This document shows, piece by piece, positions 40,856 to 53,699 of a stretch of DNA of 64,000 bases (the first letter of the stretch is position 1; each line of letters opens with the position of its first letter). The stretch is from Octopus vulgaris (Eukaryota), in contig OX597816.1 of the NCBI GenBank assembly GCA_951406725.2, positions 31,062,001 through 31,126,000 on the forward strand, given 5' to 3'. The notes beneath the pieces are model-generated. The model was not told the origin of the DNA. It worked only from the letters and a program-made list of their open reading frames with translations, and searched no databases. Made by a program: the position numbers and the translations under genes.

Positions 40856-43424
40856 GAACTTATTTATTCTTCAATTTGTTCTCCAGCTGCATAATTCTGA
40901 TGGTCGATCATTAGTGAGCAGTGATATAGCCCATTAGAAATAACAGTGAATTTTACTTGTATTGTGATCAAAAATCCTTTGTAAACAAAGGGAGCATTAA
41001 ATAACGTGGGTTCAAATCTGAATAATAACAACAAAACACAATATGCATTAAGTTCCAGGCAAAATTTAAATACATATCAAACCTATAGGACCCACTGCTA
41101 TCGAAAATCGGTTTTCATGGCAATGTCATCCAAATTGCAGTATTTTAACTTAAACTTAACTAGCATTTACCTACAGTATATTTCATGCAAAAAGCACGTG
41201 ATTCCCGTATAAAGGACACTAATGAAAATCAGAAGAATATTCTCACTGGCAGACTCAGTAAAATTATGATTAAAAATGGGATAATGCATTTCATGATATA
41301 CTGACTCAAAATAAATAGGTTCATCTCGGTTGAACTTCATCTTGGTTAAAAAACAACCATTGAATTGAGTTCTTATGCAAAATCTTATAAACTTCATCTG
41401 AACATAGTAATCAAGTACACAACCTGAATTAAAAAAAAAACTTATAATCTAGATAGTTCACGTTTCCTCTGATAACTGTAGTAATCAAACCAAACCATAG
41501 CTAACAAAATTATTATGCATTTACTTCAAAATATATTTCTTTGTAATAACTATTCCAAAGTAACAAATATATATTTCAGTAACATTCTCTACACAGTGTT
41601 AGAAATGTACTGAAAATCATAAGTATTGAAACAATTCAATCTCTGATTTGTCACTTCATCTGCTAAAATGGCACCAGATTCACCTTGGAATCTCACACTA
41701 CTAATCTTCAAAATAAAATGGAATGTTTTGATATTACACACCACTGCTGGAAATAATTTGATAATATTTTAGGAGATAAAATATAGATGATCATACGAAA
41801 GTGTGAATATTAATATTTTTCACCGTATTTCGCAACAGTTTGAATGCATGAATGTATAATTTATGGAGTGTCTACTTTCCTCAATTATCCCCAGCTTTGA
41901 TACCACAATATTTCTCTTAAATATTTTTAGTGGAGGAGTCTCATGTGCAGTATTCAAGCCTGGCCTTCGGTTTAAATATAATTTAGTTTCTTCCTCCTAT
42001 AAGCTGAAGAAAGCCTAGAAAGAGCATTGCTCGCTTCGCTCATTCCTTTCCATTGGCCTTTTGAAAATGGATGAGGCGCAGAAATGTATAGAGACTGGTT
42101 TACTGATTCAAGTTATTGCAAGCTGCCTTTCAACATCTCGAAAAATTGTGCTCGTGCATTAGCAACACTATTTTAGGTTTCAAATAGTAAACAAATTTTG
42201 ACAAATACTTGAAATGTTTATATAATATCCTTTAAACATGCCATCTCCGATAAATATTTTGAAGTCACATTTCTTAGATATTGGTGAAAGGAACGGTAAA
42301 ATGTGAATTAATGTTATTGCTTGACAGCTTTCTTAACTCCATATGCATTAATCGTTTCGTAATAATGGAATTTGACCAGAGACATAGATTAAATTTCAAA
42401 TCTTTGATTTCATGTTATGCTTAAAATCTTATAACAAGAGGTATGGAAATTTGCGGATACAATTCATTATATTCTAACTATTCAGCTAACATACATAATT
42501 CGTTGATGCCTTCTCACGAGAATTTTAACTTCATGTAAATACTTTGTCTACGTTCAGGATTTATATATAATATTAAATCGATTATTAAATATCAAGGGAC
42601 GAATTAAATTCAATGCAATGCAGTGCTAGAGATTTCAAATTACATTGATTCAAAAACATAATCAAGAGACAATATCCCACTCGAGAATATTCACACTTGA
42701 AGTTGAGTCTATTGTTAGAGAATTGCCAGAATGAAAATGCAATATTTCAATAAATATATTTCTTGTAATCATTGTAACCGGAATATATTTCACTTTGCTT
42801 ACGTAGTAGTATATAGGGACATGATTAACAATTTAATTATCTGGTTCTGGTGAAATCATATACTACATATTGTTAGAAATTTAAAGCAATCAATCATGCA
42901 TTCCTTCAATTAAAATTCCATATATACAACGATATGAAATATTACATTACCTGCAAAAACTGGAGGTAAATTTCATTCAAAGTAAGACTCCTAATTTAGA
43001 TCATATGGGAGACGGAGTCTAAGGTACTAACAGATCTAGTGGTTTAAAATGAGGGTTGCGGCCATGGGAGCACTTCCTAGGTCTGCTCCATAACTAAGAA
43101 CAATAACAATATTTGAATTTTGTGATTCGAAATTTCTCAGTCTTCAAAAGACTATATCAAAATTAAAAAGATATTAGATTATTAAATGCCATTACACCAT
43201 TTTCAGTACAAATGAAAAGATATTCATTTTAATTAGGAAGCAAGCATGTACTGTGGTTTCCTACTAGACTGAATGATTTATATATTGTATATTCTCTTTC
43301 AAGTCATATTTCTCCTTCCATCTCAGCAACATGGTTCCTTGGCAAATATCTTCTTCAAAAGCAGTAGAGCAATAACATTATGAGAATAATTTACTAGGTG
43401 CGTTTTTGGCAATCTCTGTCGTAT

Positions 43425-43465
<41 letters not shown>

Positions 43466-43510
43466 CTATATGCGTGTGTGCATGTGGCTACAGGCTTATT
43501 CACAAACGTG

Positions 43511-43547
<37 letters not shown>

Positions 43548-43603
43548 TATATATATATATATATATATATAATCGAAATAAGCAACAAGGGTATCCAGAG
43601 GTA

Positions 43604-43691
43604 ATAGAGTACGATCGTTTCATGCAACTCCATTTAATTCAACACGCCAATCATTGCATTATTTTAAAATGCAGAGCAATCTTCAGCTGCA
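43604..43691 (-). ncRNA. Hammerhead motif with long stem II, next to (TA)n
   Basis: TGCAG-CTGAAGA-TTGC...GCAT-GAAAC-GATC-GTA-CTC; intact core and palindromic ACGATCGT. Confidence 0.65.
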
Positions 43692-43856
43692 CAAAGATAT
43701 AGAATTTAATTAAACTAGAACAGATGAACACATTAGTATAATTATAGGTAAAAAGTTAAGAAGAAGGAAAAATAACATGGTGTCTCACTCCAGCTCACCC
43801 AAAGTATATATATATACATATATATATACATACACAAACACACACACATACACACA

Positions 43857-43928
<72 letters not shown>

Positions 43929-44289
43929 TACACAGAAACACACACACTGACATTTACATATAAGAATGTATTCCTGTTTTTTTACTTTTACGCATAAAAT
44001 TCTAACTATCAGACAACAAAAGATTTTTGTATTCAGGTATCTTTTAGTCAGACAGATCCATACTCAAGTTTTCCTTTTCTTTACAACCGGTTGACATCTG
44101 CTTTTCAAAATTACACTCGTAGTCTATCATTTTTATTTTCATACTTTCTTCTTGATGTTACAGAATCTTCAGTCAGAGAGTGTGAACTTTTATCGATATT
44201 CTCTTTCATTCTTTTGTGATGTATCTGGTCAACGTCGATTTCGTTTAAGCGCTTTGATTCTTGGTGTCATTCAATTTATTCTTTGTTCA

Positions 44290-44560
44290 TTTGGTTTGGT
44301 TTCTACAATTTATAAACTTATTTCTTTGATGCAGTATACATTTTTGTATAGCTGATTACAAAATTTTATGGAAATGTCTGCACTGAACATTTGTCTGTTT
44401 CGAAACTCGCCTGGTTGTGTAATTGTGCTTGTGTATTTATCTTCACGTCATTCATATCCTGCATGTAGTTCTTATGAGTTTCCTTTGAACACCTGCGGAA
44501 AAATTTATATTGTGTTACTTCGTATATGTGTCAACTCTTAAATACAAAATTGCCTACATT
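44290..44560 (-). mobile_element. Possible decayed Penelope-like GIY-YIG C-terminus
   Basis: Fragmentary minus-strand C..CSKE, DKCSVQTFP and IKE..FI...KP motifs. Confidence 0.3.
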
Positions 44561-44804
44561 ATAATAAAGCTGTTGAATTCAAAGAAACGCGTAATGTTAC
44601 TATACTACCAGAAAATTAGCGCCTGTAATATATTTTGATGGCTGCAACAATAAAACGTAAATGATATGAAATATACGTGTATTTTTGTGGCAAAAGATAA
44701 CGAAGTTCAAACTTTAGCTGCGCAATGAACAAGGGGGAAATTGTCATGTGTCTCAGAGGGGTAGGGGCGCGTAAATACAGCAGATATTAAAGAAACATTT
44801 TCAT

Positions 44805-45030
44805 ATTCTTTTATTCTTTTATTTGTTCAAGTCATTTGACTGCAGCCATGCTGGAGCACCGCCTTTAGTCGAATAAATCGACCCGAGGTCTCATTCTTTA
44901 AAAAGCCTAGTACTAATTTTATCGAATTATTTTGCCGAACTGCTATGTTACGGGGACGTAAATACAACAGCTTAGGTTGCCATGCGACGGTTGGGGTTCA
45001 AACACAGACACTAAAATACATACAGACACA
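44805..45030 (-). mobile_element. SINE type A 3' half
   Basis: GTCATTTGACTGCAGCCATGCTGGAGCACCGCCTTTAGTCGA...TTTGCCGAAC...ACGGGGACGTAAA. Confidence 0.85.
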
Positions 45031-45642
45031 GTGATTATATATATATATATATATATATATACATACATGCCTACACACGAACGCACACACAGAGAGACAC
45101 ACACACACATATATACATATATATTATTAACTAGAACTCTATTTTATGAAATTCCAAAGGATCCCAAAGTCGGTCAGGGTGATATGGTACTTCTGGATTT
45201 TAGCCTTAACAAGAAGAACAAAATACAAGAACAACAATAATAATAATAATTTCTTGTAATTTTGGCTCAAGGACTGTAATTTGAAGTGGAGAGATTGTGC
45301 AATGTATTTACATTGACTTCAGTACTTGACTGGTAATTATTTTATTGACCCCAAATCTATGGTAAACAATGTCAACCTCTTCAGAATTAGTACTCTTAAA
45401 CTTAAGGGTCAGAATGAATAGCGCTATAAATTCAGTAGTGTTTATTTCTGGGTGTACTTTCAGTTCAGATCTGACATCCGACTCTGGCACTGATTATTTT
45501 ATAACATAGCATTGGAAGTAATCCAAATATTGTGGTAGGAGTACTTAGTTATGTATATCTGTTAGGCCTGCAGCATTGGTTATGTATATAAGTTCATTTT
45601 GAATGAAATTCTTCTAGTGGTCATTATGACAAATATTTATTG

Positions 45643-45820
45643 GGCAAAACGGTTAGCGGCATTTTGTCCATCTTTACTTTCTGAGCTCAAATTCTGTCGA
45701 CTTTGCTTTTCATCCTTTGGGACTGATACATTAAGTACCAGTTGAACATAGAGGGTCGATGTTATCGCCTCGCCTCATTCTTACCGTCCCCAAGGTCCCC
45801 ATGTGTCAAAACTTTGAAAT
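45643..45820 (+). mobile_element. SINE type B (diverged)
   Basis: TTAGCGGCATTT...TTCTGAG.TCAAATTC..TCGACTTTGCTTTTCATCCTTT...TTAAGTACCAGTT. Confidence 0.7.
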
Positions 45821-45835
45821 AATTATTAATGTATT

Positions 45836-45950
<115 letters not shown>

Positions 45951-46850
45951 TAAGGTATATATATATACATCGCTGTGTAACTGAAATCATGACCGTTCTT
46001 GATAGCAATATTTGGTTGAATTACGTGATTCTCTTTTCAAGTTAAATTTTTCACAAGATAATATAAAATCATTTTGTCATTTTCCATAAATTTCATTTTC
46101 TGTGGGAGCACAACTTGTGTTCCTTATGCAGAAATCATACCCTAGACTAATCCAACTTTCTCACTCAGTATACGTTTTCTTATCAAATACTGGGCATTCA
46201 CAACCTGATATATGCATGTTATTGTAGTGATTGCTTTTCTTCTATTGTAAGTGTCTGTATTCTGCCATCTTATATTTCCAATCTCCGTTTTCTTCCTGTA
46301 GTGTCATTTATTCTTGATGCACTTACTCTTTGCCTATTGTCGTCAAGCAAATATTGGTAACACATGTGATTACTTGCTGTCGTCTTGATATATTTTCATT
46401 ACTTTCAGCTATATATATTTTTCAAATAAATTCTGTTGCCACTTCATGGCATCTTGGGCAAGCATTTTCTATAAAAAGCCTTGGGTCGATTATTGATTTG
46501 AGAGCGAATTTTGGAAGAGAAAAACCTATTCTGTTGCAAACAAACACTCACGTACACGCAGACAATTATAAATATGTGTCTGCGCGTACTGAATAAGAAT
46601 TTCTGTACGTCTATGTGTATATGTGTGCATATGATAGCGTGCCTCAAATTGTTTGCATCTCACTGCTTGGCATTCTTTTTTTGCTTAATGTTCCGTACTG
46701 TACAGGTTAGGTGAAAATAAGACGGTATAAGCATCAGACATCGAACATGTATTGGAGCCCTTAGAGCTCTTCCAAAGCATGGCACCATAGACAGAATGAG
46801 ATAACACATCTAAGGGTTTCACGAGTTTTCAGGATATTTATAATGAAATA

Positions 46851-46898
46851 GTCTTACAGCTGTTTCTGGGATATTATGGATATCCCTTCATCAGAGAC
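46851..46898 (-). ncRNA. Minimal hammerhead ribozyme (best-preserved copy)
   Basis: GTCT-CTGATGA-A-GGGATAT-CCATA-ATATCCC-A-GAAA-C-AGCT-G-TA-AGAC: 4-bp stem I, 7-bp stem II, palindromic ACAGCTGT and a GUA cleavage triplet. Confidence 0.8.
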
Positions 46899-47796
46899 GG
46901 TGTGAGAAATTATTTGTATTCGTATTATTGTCCAAAAAATAGGGAATATAGAGGGAAATAAGAGAATGAAAGTAGAAATAGGATATATAAATTTATTGTA
47001 GTTGCATTTCTATCTTTCGAGGAATATGGTGTATATAAGTGGTAAAAAAGTTTCCTGTACATGGTGAGTAATTTCTGATAACAGTTCATATTTAGCCATT
47101 TCAAAGCTTGGAGCCGTGGATTCAGTGTCGCTCGTTTGAAAGATCTTTGTGGTGTGAATGAAAATTTGAGAATGTGTTGGTAGTATTTACGGATAGATGG
47201 AGAGAGGAGGGTTGTCTATGATTAAAAAGTGGAGGTAGGTCAAATGTGAAACAGGAAGAGAAAATGAGAGGAAGAAAGGGAGAAAAAAGAAAAAAAAGAA
47301 AAAGGAAAGACACAATCAAAGAGTGAAATAAAACAAAAAAATCAAGAAATGGTGAAGGATGGGAGAGAGGGAGTGTTAGTCAAGATAATGTGACGAGAAG
47401 ATGGGAGAGGTGTCGGGGAGGGAGAGGAAAAGAAGTTAAGGAGTACAAGAATGTGAGATATTCGAGTAGAGGTGATATGACAAAGCTGCACGTAGGGATG
47501 GGCAGAGAAAAGTTAAGGGTGGAGTGATACCGAAATCAGTAGTAGTTTTGGTAGTAAAATCTAAGGGGAACAGAAGAATACAAGGATATGAAATTACTAT
47601 AAATAAACGTATGTGATAGGTTAGTGATACGTAGCAATAGGAGAAAAATGTATATTTGCGAATATGTATATATATACATACGCACACACATACACACTCA
47701 TATAGACATATACATACACACGCATATATACACATGCATGGTCACGTGCACCCATAGATGTATTCGCACAAGCATATGTTTATACGCGTAATCACA

Positions 47797-48440
47797 GGGA
47801 TGCGGGTTCGAGCCTCATGGCTGGCCGGTAACGAATTTTTCTGCAATATATGGATAGTTTATCCTGTTCATGCTATTGTATTAGCATTATCATGCGCTTG
47901 AGAATAATCTCTATATCTTTCAACATATTTTAACAACTCTAAAGCAAACATTGTTTACTCTCATCGTAAGCTGAAATTAGTGTTAGCGACTTATAAAGCT
48001 AGATATATAAATCCTAAAATTAAAGAACAATTCGTCACTGGGCAGTTTATCTAAAGGGCGGCGAACTGGCACAATCGTTAGCAGGCCGGGCGAAATGCCT
48101 AGCGGTATTTCGTCTGCGTTACGTTGTGAGTTCAAATTCCGCCGAGGTCGACTTTGCCTTTCATCATTTCGGGGTCGATAAATTAAGTACCAGTTACGCA
48201 CTGGGTCGATGTCATCAACTTAATACCTATGTATCTCCTTGTTTATCCCCTTTGTGTTTAGCCCCTTGTGGGTAATAAAGAAATAGGTAAAACACTTGAC
48301 GTATAAGCACTGGGATGTGAATTCGAGTTTTGTCTGGGAGGTAACGGATTTTTCTGCAATATATAGATAGTTTTTCCTGTCCACGATATTGTATTAGCAT
48401 TATCATGCGTTTGAGAATAATTTATCTCTTTATCTTACAA
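47797..48440 (+). repeat. Two ~130-bp direct repeats (47797-47930, 48312-48440) bracketing a SINE
   Basis: Shared GGGATG...TTCGAG...GGTAACG.ATTTTTCTGCAATATAT.GATAGTTT.TCCTGT...TATTGTATTAGCATTATCATGCG.TTGAGAATAAT, with a B-box-like GGTTCGAGCC. Confidence 0.8.
48057..48287 (+). mobile_element. SINE type B, full length (tRNA head, Meta-domain-like core)
   Basis: A box TGGCACAATCG, B box GAGTTCAAATTCC, core GGTCGACTTTGCCTTTCATC.TTTCGGGGTCGATAAATTAAGTACCAG, tail CCCCTTGTGGGTAATAAAGAAAT. Confidence 0.85.
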
Positions 48441-48604
48441 ACATAAATTTTTACCTAAACTTTTGTTTCTTCATATACCAAGTTATATAATGTCAAACGT
48501 CTCGGGTTCGACCTGAGCAATTCCAAGCTATAAATTAAAAAGCTTTTTCGAAAGAAAACAAACAATATATACATACATACATACATATATATATATATAT
48601 AATT

Positions 48605-48886
48605 TTCTTTTCCTCAACAGGCCCTGCCCTATTTAAATTCGTCCCAAGGGAGATCAAAGAGGAAAAGGATCCCATCAACTTTAAACGGAGTCTGGATAGA
48701 TTCCTTCAAAGTATTCCAGATAAGTGACACATAATTGGATACAACTCACCCAACAAGAACTCACTACTTGAATGGACCATAAAAAAACTTGACTTAAACA
48801 GGATTTGAATATTCCTACCAGGTGGTGCTATTAAGTTAGACATGGCCTGGACCAATCTTTGGTCGAAACATATCTAAGTTTATCTG

Positions 48887-48892
<6 letters not shown>
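48605..48892 (+). mobile_element. CR1-group LINE 3' end between (TA)n tracts
   Basis: GPALFKFVPREIKEEKDPINFKRSLDRFLQSIPDK*...GY...NSLLEW is the typical CR1-group ORF2 C-terminus. Short tandem tail TATCTAAGTT/TATCTGAGTT. Confidence 0.75.
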
Positions 48893-48956
<64 letters not shown>

Positions 48957-49105
48957 AATGAGGTAATCAGATCGGATGGTTCATATTTATAGATATTTAT
49001 TTATATATTACATTTTTTACATATATATATCTATCATATCATTCAGATCATATCATTCGGATTATTAGCGCTTTCTCCCAATCAAGTGGGGTTTTCAAAT
49101 CAAAT

Positions 49106-49167
<62 letters not shown>

Positions 49168-49422
49168 TGTGTGTGTGTTTGTGTGTGCGTGTGTGTATGT
49201 GTGTATTAGGGATTTTCTTTAAACGTGTCCGCCCCCTATCAACATGTATTTTATATTTATTTAGTTTTTTGACTTTTCTTGGTAAATTGATTGGTCACTG
49301 TTAGCCTCACTTAATAATATTTCGGTTGCGTAGTCTTAATGTAGATGTTGAATAATGATTTTCCAGTTGAAGACGACAATATTGACTAGTGTATTTCTTT
49401 GCAGGGAATCATATTTTCTTCC

Positions 49423-49471
<49 letters not shown>

Positions 49472-49477
<6 letters not shown>

Positions 49478-49700
49478 TTACTGCAAGATAAACTCTGAGA
49501 GATGCAAGTGATCCATCTCTTCGGTTATCTGGCTATTTCCAGATAACCAGATAACCGAAGAGATGGTGTTGTGGATTTCACTTCGGCATCTGAAACTCAG
49601 AGTTTTATCTTGATAATGTAACATATTGTATATAAATTTCCTCTGTTTACATAATATTGAGGTCTCTTTCTTTCTTTTGTTATCTTACCGTTTTATCAAT
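49472..49700 (+). mobile_element. (TA)n-flanked inverted cassette with hammerhead variant
   Basis: 49484-49532 is a deleted reverse complement of 49547-49612. AGATAA-CCGAAGA-GATG...CATCT-GAAAC-TCAGA-GTT-TTATCT at 49549-49610 has a 6-bp stem I and CCGA instead of CUGA. Confidence 0.6.
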
Positions 49701-49721
49701 ATATATATATATATATATATA

Positions 49722-49929
49722 TTTTACTCTCTTTTACTTGTTTCAGTCATTTGACTGCGGCCATGCTGGAGCACCGCCTTTAGTCGAGCAAATAGACCCC
49801 GGGACTTATTCTTTGTAAGCCCAGTACTTATTATATCGGTCTCTTTTGCCGAACCGCTAAGTGACGGGGACGTAAACACACCAGCATCGGTTGTCAAGCA
49901 ATGCTAGGGGGACAAACACAGACACACAA

Positions 49930-49972
<43 letters not shown>

Positions 49973-50136
49973 TACGACGGGCTTCTTTCAGTTTCCGTCT
50001 ACCAAATCCATTCACAAGGCATTGGTCGGCCCGGGTTATAGTAGAAGACACTTGCCCAAGGTGCCACGCAGTGGGACTGAAACCAGAACCATGGGGTTCG
50101 TAAGCAAGCTTCTTACCACACAGCCACTCCTACGCC
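49722..50136 (-). mobile_element. SINE type A, full length and apparently least diverged
   Basis: Minus strand GGCGTAGGAGTGGCTGTGTGGTAAG...GGTTTCAGTCCCACTGCGTGGCAC...GTCAAATGACTGAAACAAGTAAAAGAG. Confidence 0.92.
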
Positions 50137-51358
50137 ATATATACTGTGTATTTTTCTTTCTCTCTTGTCATACATGCACTCCCTCGTTACTCTAGCAACC
50201 AGGAATGGAAAATTCCGGGGGCCACATTTGTAATCAATAAAATCATTTGTCACTAAATATAATATATAAACTTAAAATTAATCAATAATAAACTCATTAA
50301 ATTATTGTATAAAATATATAAGTTCAAAATTGCCAATAGTAGAAACGATATTAAATAGAATTTTTAGCATGTTTGACACACACAAGGGGCAATCGTTGGA
50401 ATGTGATCCTAGGTACTTTATGGATCCGCCATCACAATGTTAGATATTCAATGAGAACGAAACCCAATGAGAGCAGCGTCGGAGATCTCTAGATGAATGC
50501 AGTTTGTGATTAAATGGGTATGTGGTGCAATGATATTTTCTTGATATGAGTTGCTTTGCTGTAGCAATGATGATATTATTATATTGACAAATATGCATTC
50601 CAAAATACTGCCTTTCGAAGCTGCGGCAGTGCACTATGAGTGCAATATTCCCTTTTATGTGATTTGCAAATTCGTTATAACTTTGAACATAATAGCGAAA
50701 TATGCTTAGCTATAAATGCTAAGATATTTGAACTTGAAAGCTCGATTTCTAGAAATGATTTTTAAGCCAAAATTTCTCTTCCTTCCAAATATTAATTCAA
50801 ATTATCTTTTAAGCACTTCAGACATTTGCGAGATAAAATATTTTTTGTTCATTGTATTTATTATTGAAATCTGCGTTTGATGTCTTATGACAGTTATTAT
50901 GGAAGAAAGCTTTTTAAATTTAATTTCTATGCCCAGCAATCAAATTGCATTTTCATGAGTATTCGAAATCCTATAGCTCGAGCAGATTTATTTTTGCTTT
51001 CATTTACTTATATTTTACATAGCGTTTTCCGTATGCCCAATATATTCATAATTCACTTTCAACATCAATAGAGAGAAAATGCCTTTGATAAGCATCTAGT
51101 GACACACATACAAAATATAAGGTTTTAATTGCATTTCAATTAAAAAAAAAAAGATTTTATAATGGTATATATTTGCGTTTTTATTTCAATAAGATATAAT
51201 ATATCTCACAAAATATATAACAGAATAAAGAGAAAACTATTATCATTTGCAGAAATCGATGAAAGGAAAGTTCTGTAAATAGCTGATGGTGCAGTATAAC
51301 TCTAAAAATAATGTCATACTCTCGGTTAGATAAACATTTCTCAATGTTATCCGCGTTC

Positions 51359-51564
51359 GATTCCCCTATTCGCTTAAAATTAATACGGTTTCAAGAAATA
51401 AGTTGGATAAATTTTCTAGAGAGGAAAATAATAAGATGCAGAAAGTAAATAGGATAAAATGGATTCCCCTATTCGCTTAAAATTAATACGGTTTCAAGAA
51501 ATAAGTTGGATAAATTTTCTAGAGAGGAAAATAATAAGATGCAGAAAGTAAATAGGATAAAATG
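51359..51564. repeat. Exact 103-bp tandem duplication
   Basis: GATTCCCCTATTCGC...GGATAAAATG occurs twice (51359-51461 and 51462-51564). Confidence 0.95.
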
Positions 51565-52650
51565 TAATGCTTCAATAGGTACTATATTGTGTCCCAACTT
51601 CTATCACTCCTTCTGCATAACCACATGGTTTAGATATTTAGTACCAACCTAATACTGTTAATTATATCCATTAAGAAGAACGGCATTCGATGCAGACCGA
51701 TAGACACGAAAACAAAATCCACGTATCAAACACTTTACCCGTTATAATTCCATCAAACGTGTACCAACTTTAGCTTATGTTATGAATTACGTAAATGGGT
51801 AAAACTATAGTCCGTTGGTTTAAAATTTCATTTCAAAAGTAGACATTTAACTTGAGCAATTGCTGGAAAAAACAAAGAAAACAACGATCTAAAGTTCCCC
51901 TAGTTTATTGCACATTTTAATGTGTCTGTTATAGTCGATGAGGATTTAAGCATTGGGTTTTGGACAATATTGTAGATACTGGCGACTGTCGTTTCACATA
52001 TATCTTTTGACTTCGAGAAAGGTATGCGTTGTTTTCTGCATAATCAAAGATTGATAAGCTATTGTCACTGGACTAGTGCACCGAGGAGTATTGTTCGACA
52101 TAGCGCAGATCGAATGGCTATTATAAAACCCTGATCATCGTCGTTTTACGCGTTTTGTTTACTTTCATTAAATCTTGTAACTTAATGCAATCCTTCAACA
52201 TGTTGAAAATGAATATTGTTAAATTGTTTGATAGTCAACGACATTATCAATATTGTCACTACATTGAATATTCGTACTTATACCTATGAAGCTAAAGTCA
52301 CATTGAATCGTTGAAATATAATTATTCGTAATATTGTCAGGTACAAATTTTACTGCTGTTCAAGTACATCAAAGAGACAAACTTTCAATGAATTTAAATA
52401 CTAAAACACAAATTGGTCTGCAATGTTGTTTGAGTTTAGTACCTAAGATTAGTACTGTCGCAATGGTTCGAGGTAACTAGACAAAATTATTTAATAGTCC
52501 TTTTTTTATTTTGGCCTGCAAATTTCAGGTCAGCGCTTAAATGTTACCTAATTTATCGAACCGAATTGTTGAAACGTAAAGGCTATATGAGAGGCATTTG
52601 GATGCAAAGCTTAAGGCCTGGAGATATACCTCTGAGCATCCTGTTCGGCG

Positions 52651-52869
52651 TACTCTTTTACTCTTTTACTTGTTTCAGTCATTTGACTGTGGCTATGCTG
52701 GAGCACTCCTTTTAGCCGAGCAAATCGACCTCAGAACTTATTCTTTGTAAGTACTTATTCTATCGGTCTCTTATGCCAAACACCAGCATCGGTTGTCAAA
52801 CGATGATGTGTGTGTGGGGGAGATATACACAGACACACAAACACACACAGCACACACACACACAGACAT

Positions 52870-52954
<85 letters not shown>

Positions 52955-53124
52955 TATATATACGACGGGCTTCTTTCAGTTTCTGTCTACTAATTCCACT
53001 CACAGAGTTCTGGTCGTCCCGACGCCATAGTAGAAGACTCTTGCCGAAGTTGCCACACTGTGGGACTGAACCCGGAAACATGTCGTTCGTAAGCAAAGTA
53101 CTTACCACACAGCCACTCGTTGCC
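52651..53124 (-). mobile_element. SINE type A
   Basis: Homologous to 49722-50136, with internal (CA)n(TA)n. Confidence 0.9.
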
Positions 53125-53699
53125 GCCGTAGATATAATACTGCTGAAATTCTGACTGTTGTCACTTCTAATTAAATATGCTGCATAACATTTTGTTAGTA
53201 AGTTAGTATCATATTTGCTACCACTCACAACGGCTGCCTGTTAGTGGATAAGACTAAATAACTAGTTTGGCAAATCATTCAATTTTAACAAAAATATCGC
53301 TAAATTTATTAATTTCTGAGTGTCAGTTCCTCGAAACATTGTTTCTCACATACACAAGTTATGATATAACCTATATCTCGAACTAAGCTTTTACTTATGC
53401 AAACAATCGTGGACGAAGAGAGAAAATATGCACTCAAGGTGTCTATGCTATATTTTAATAAAAAGTCCCTGATCAGTAAATTACTCTAATGTTATTTATG
53501 TAAAACAGATACAGTTCTTCCCTGTCCACACTGGCACATTCGGGAAATGTAGTCCGTACCTGTCAGGCAGAAGTAAAAATCTGAGTACAGTTGTGAGGCT
53601 TTTCCCTATCCTCAACAATCCCAACTTTTGAGGATAAAACGGATTTGTACTGACATAGGGGATTACTAGAAACATGCAAATGCTTTCGTATGTCATCAT

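Noticed and set aside
41167-41397. 76-aa minus-strand ORF bounded by TTCAG and AG/GTAAAT (exon-like)
   Set aside because: No recognisable domain and no neighbouring exons. Such splice-like motifs are common by chance; RNA-seq would be needed.
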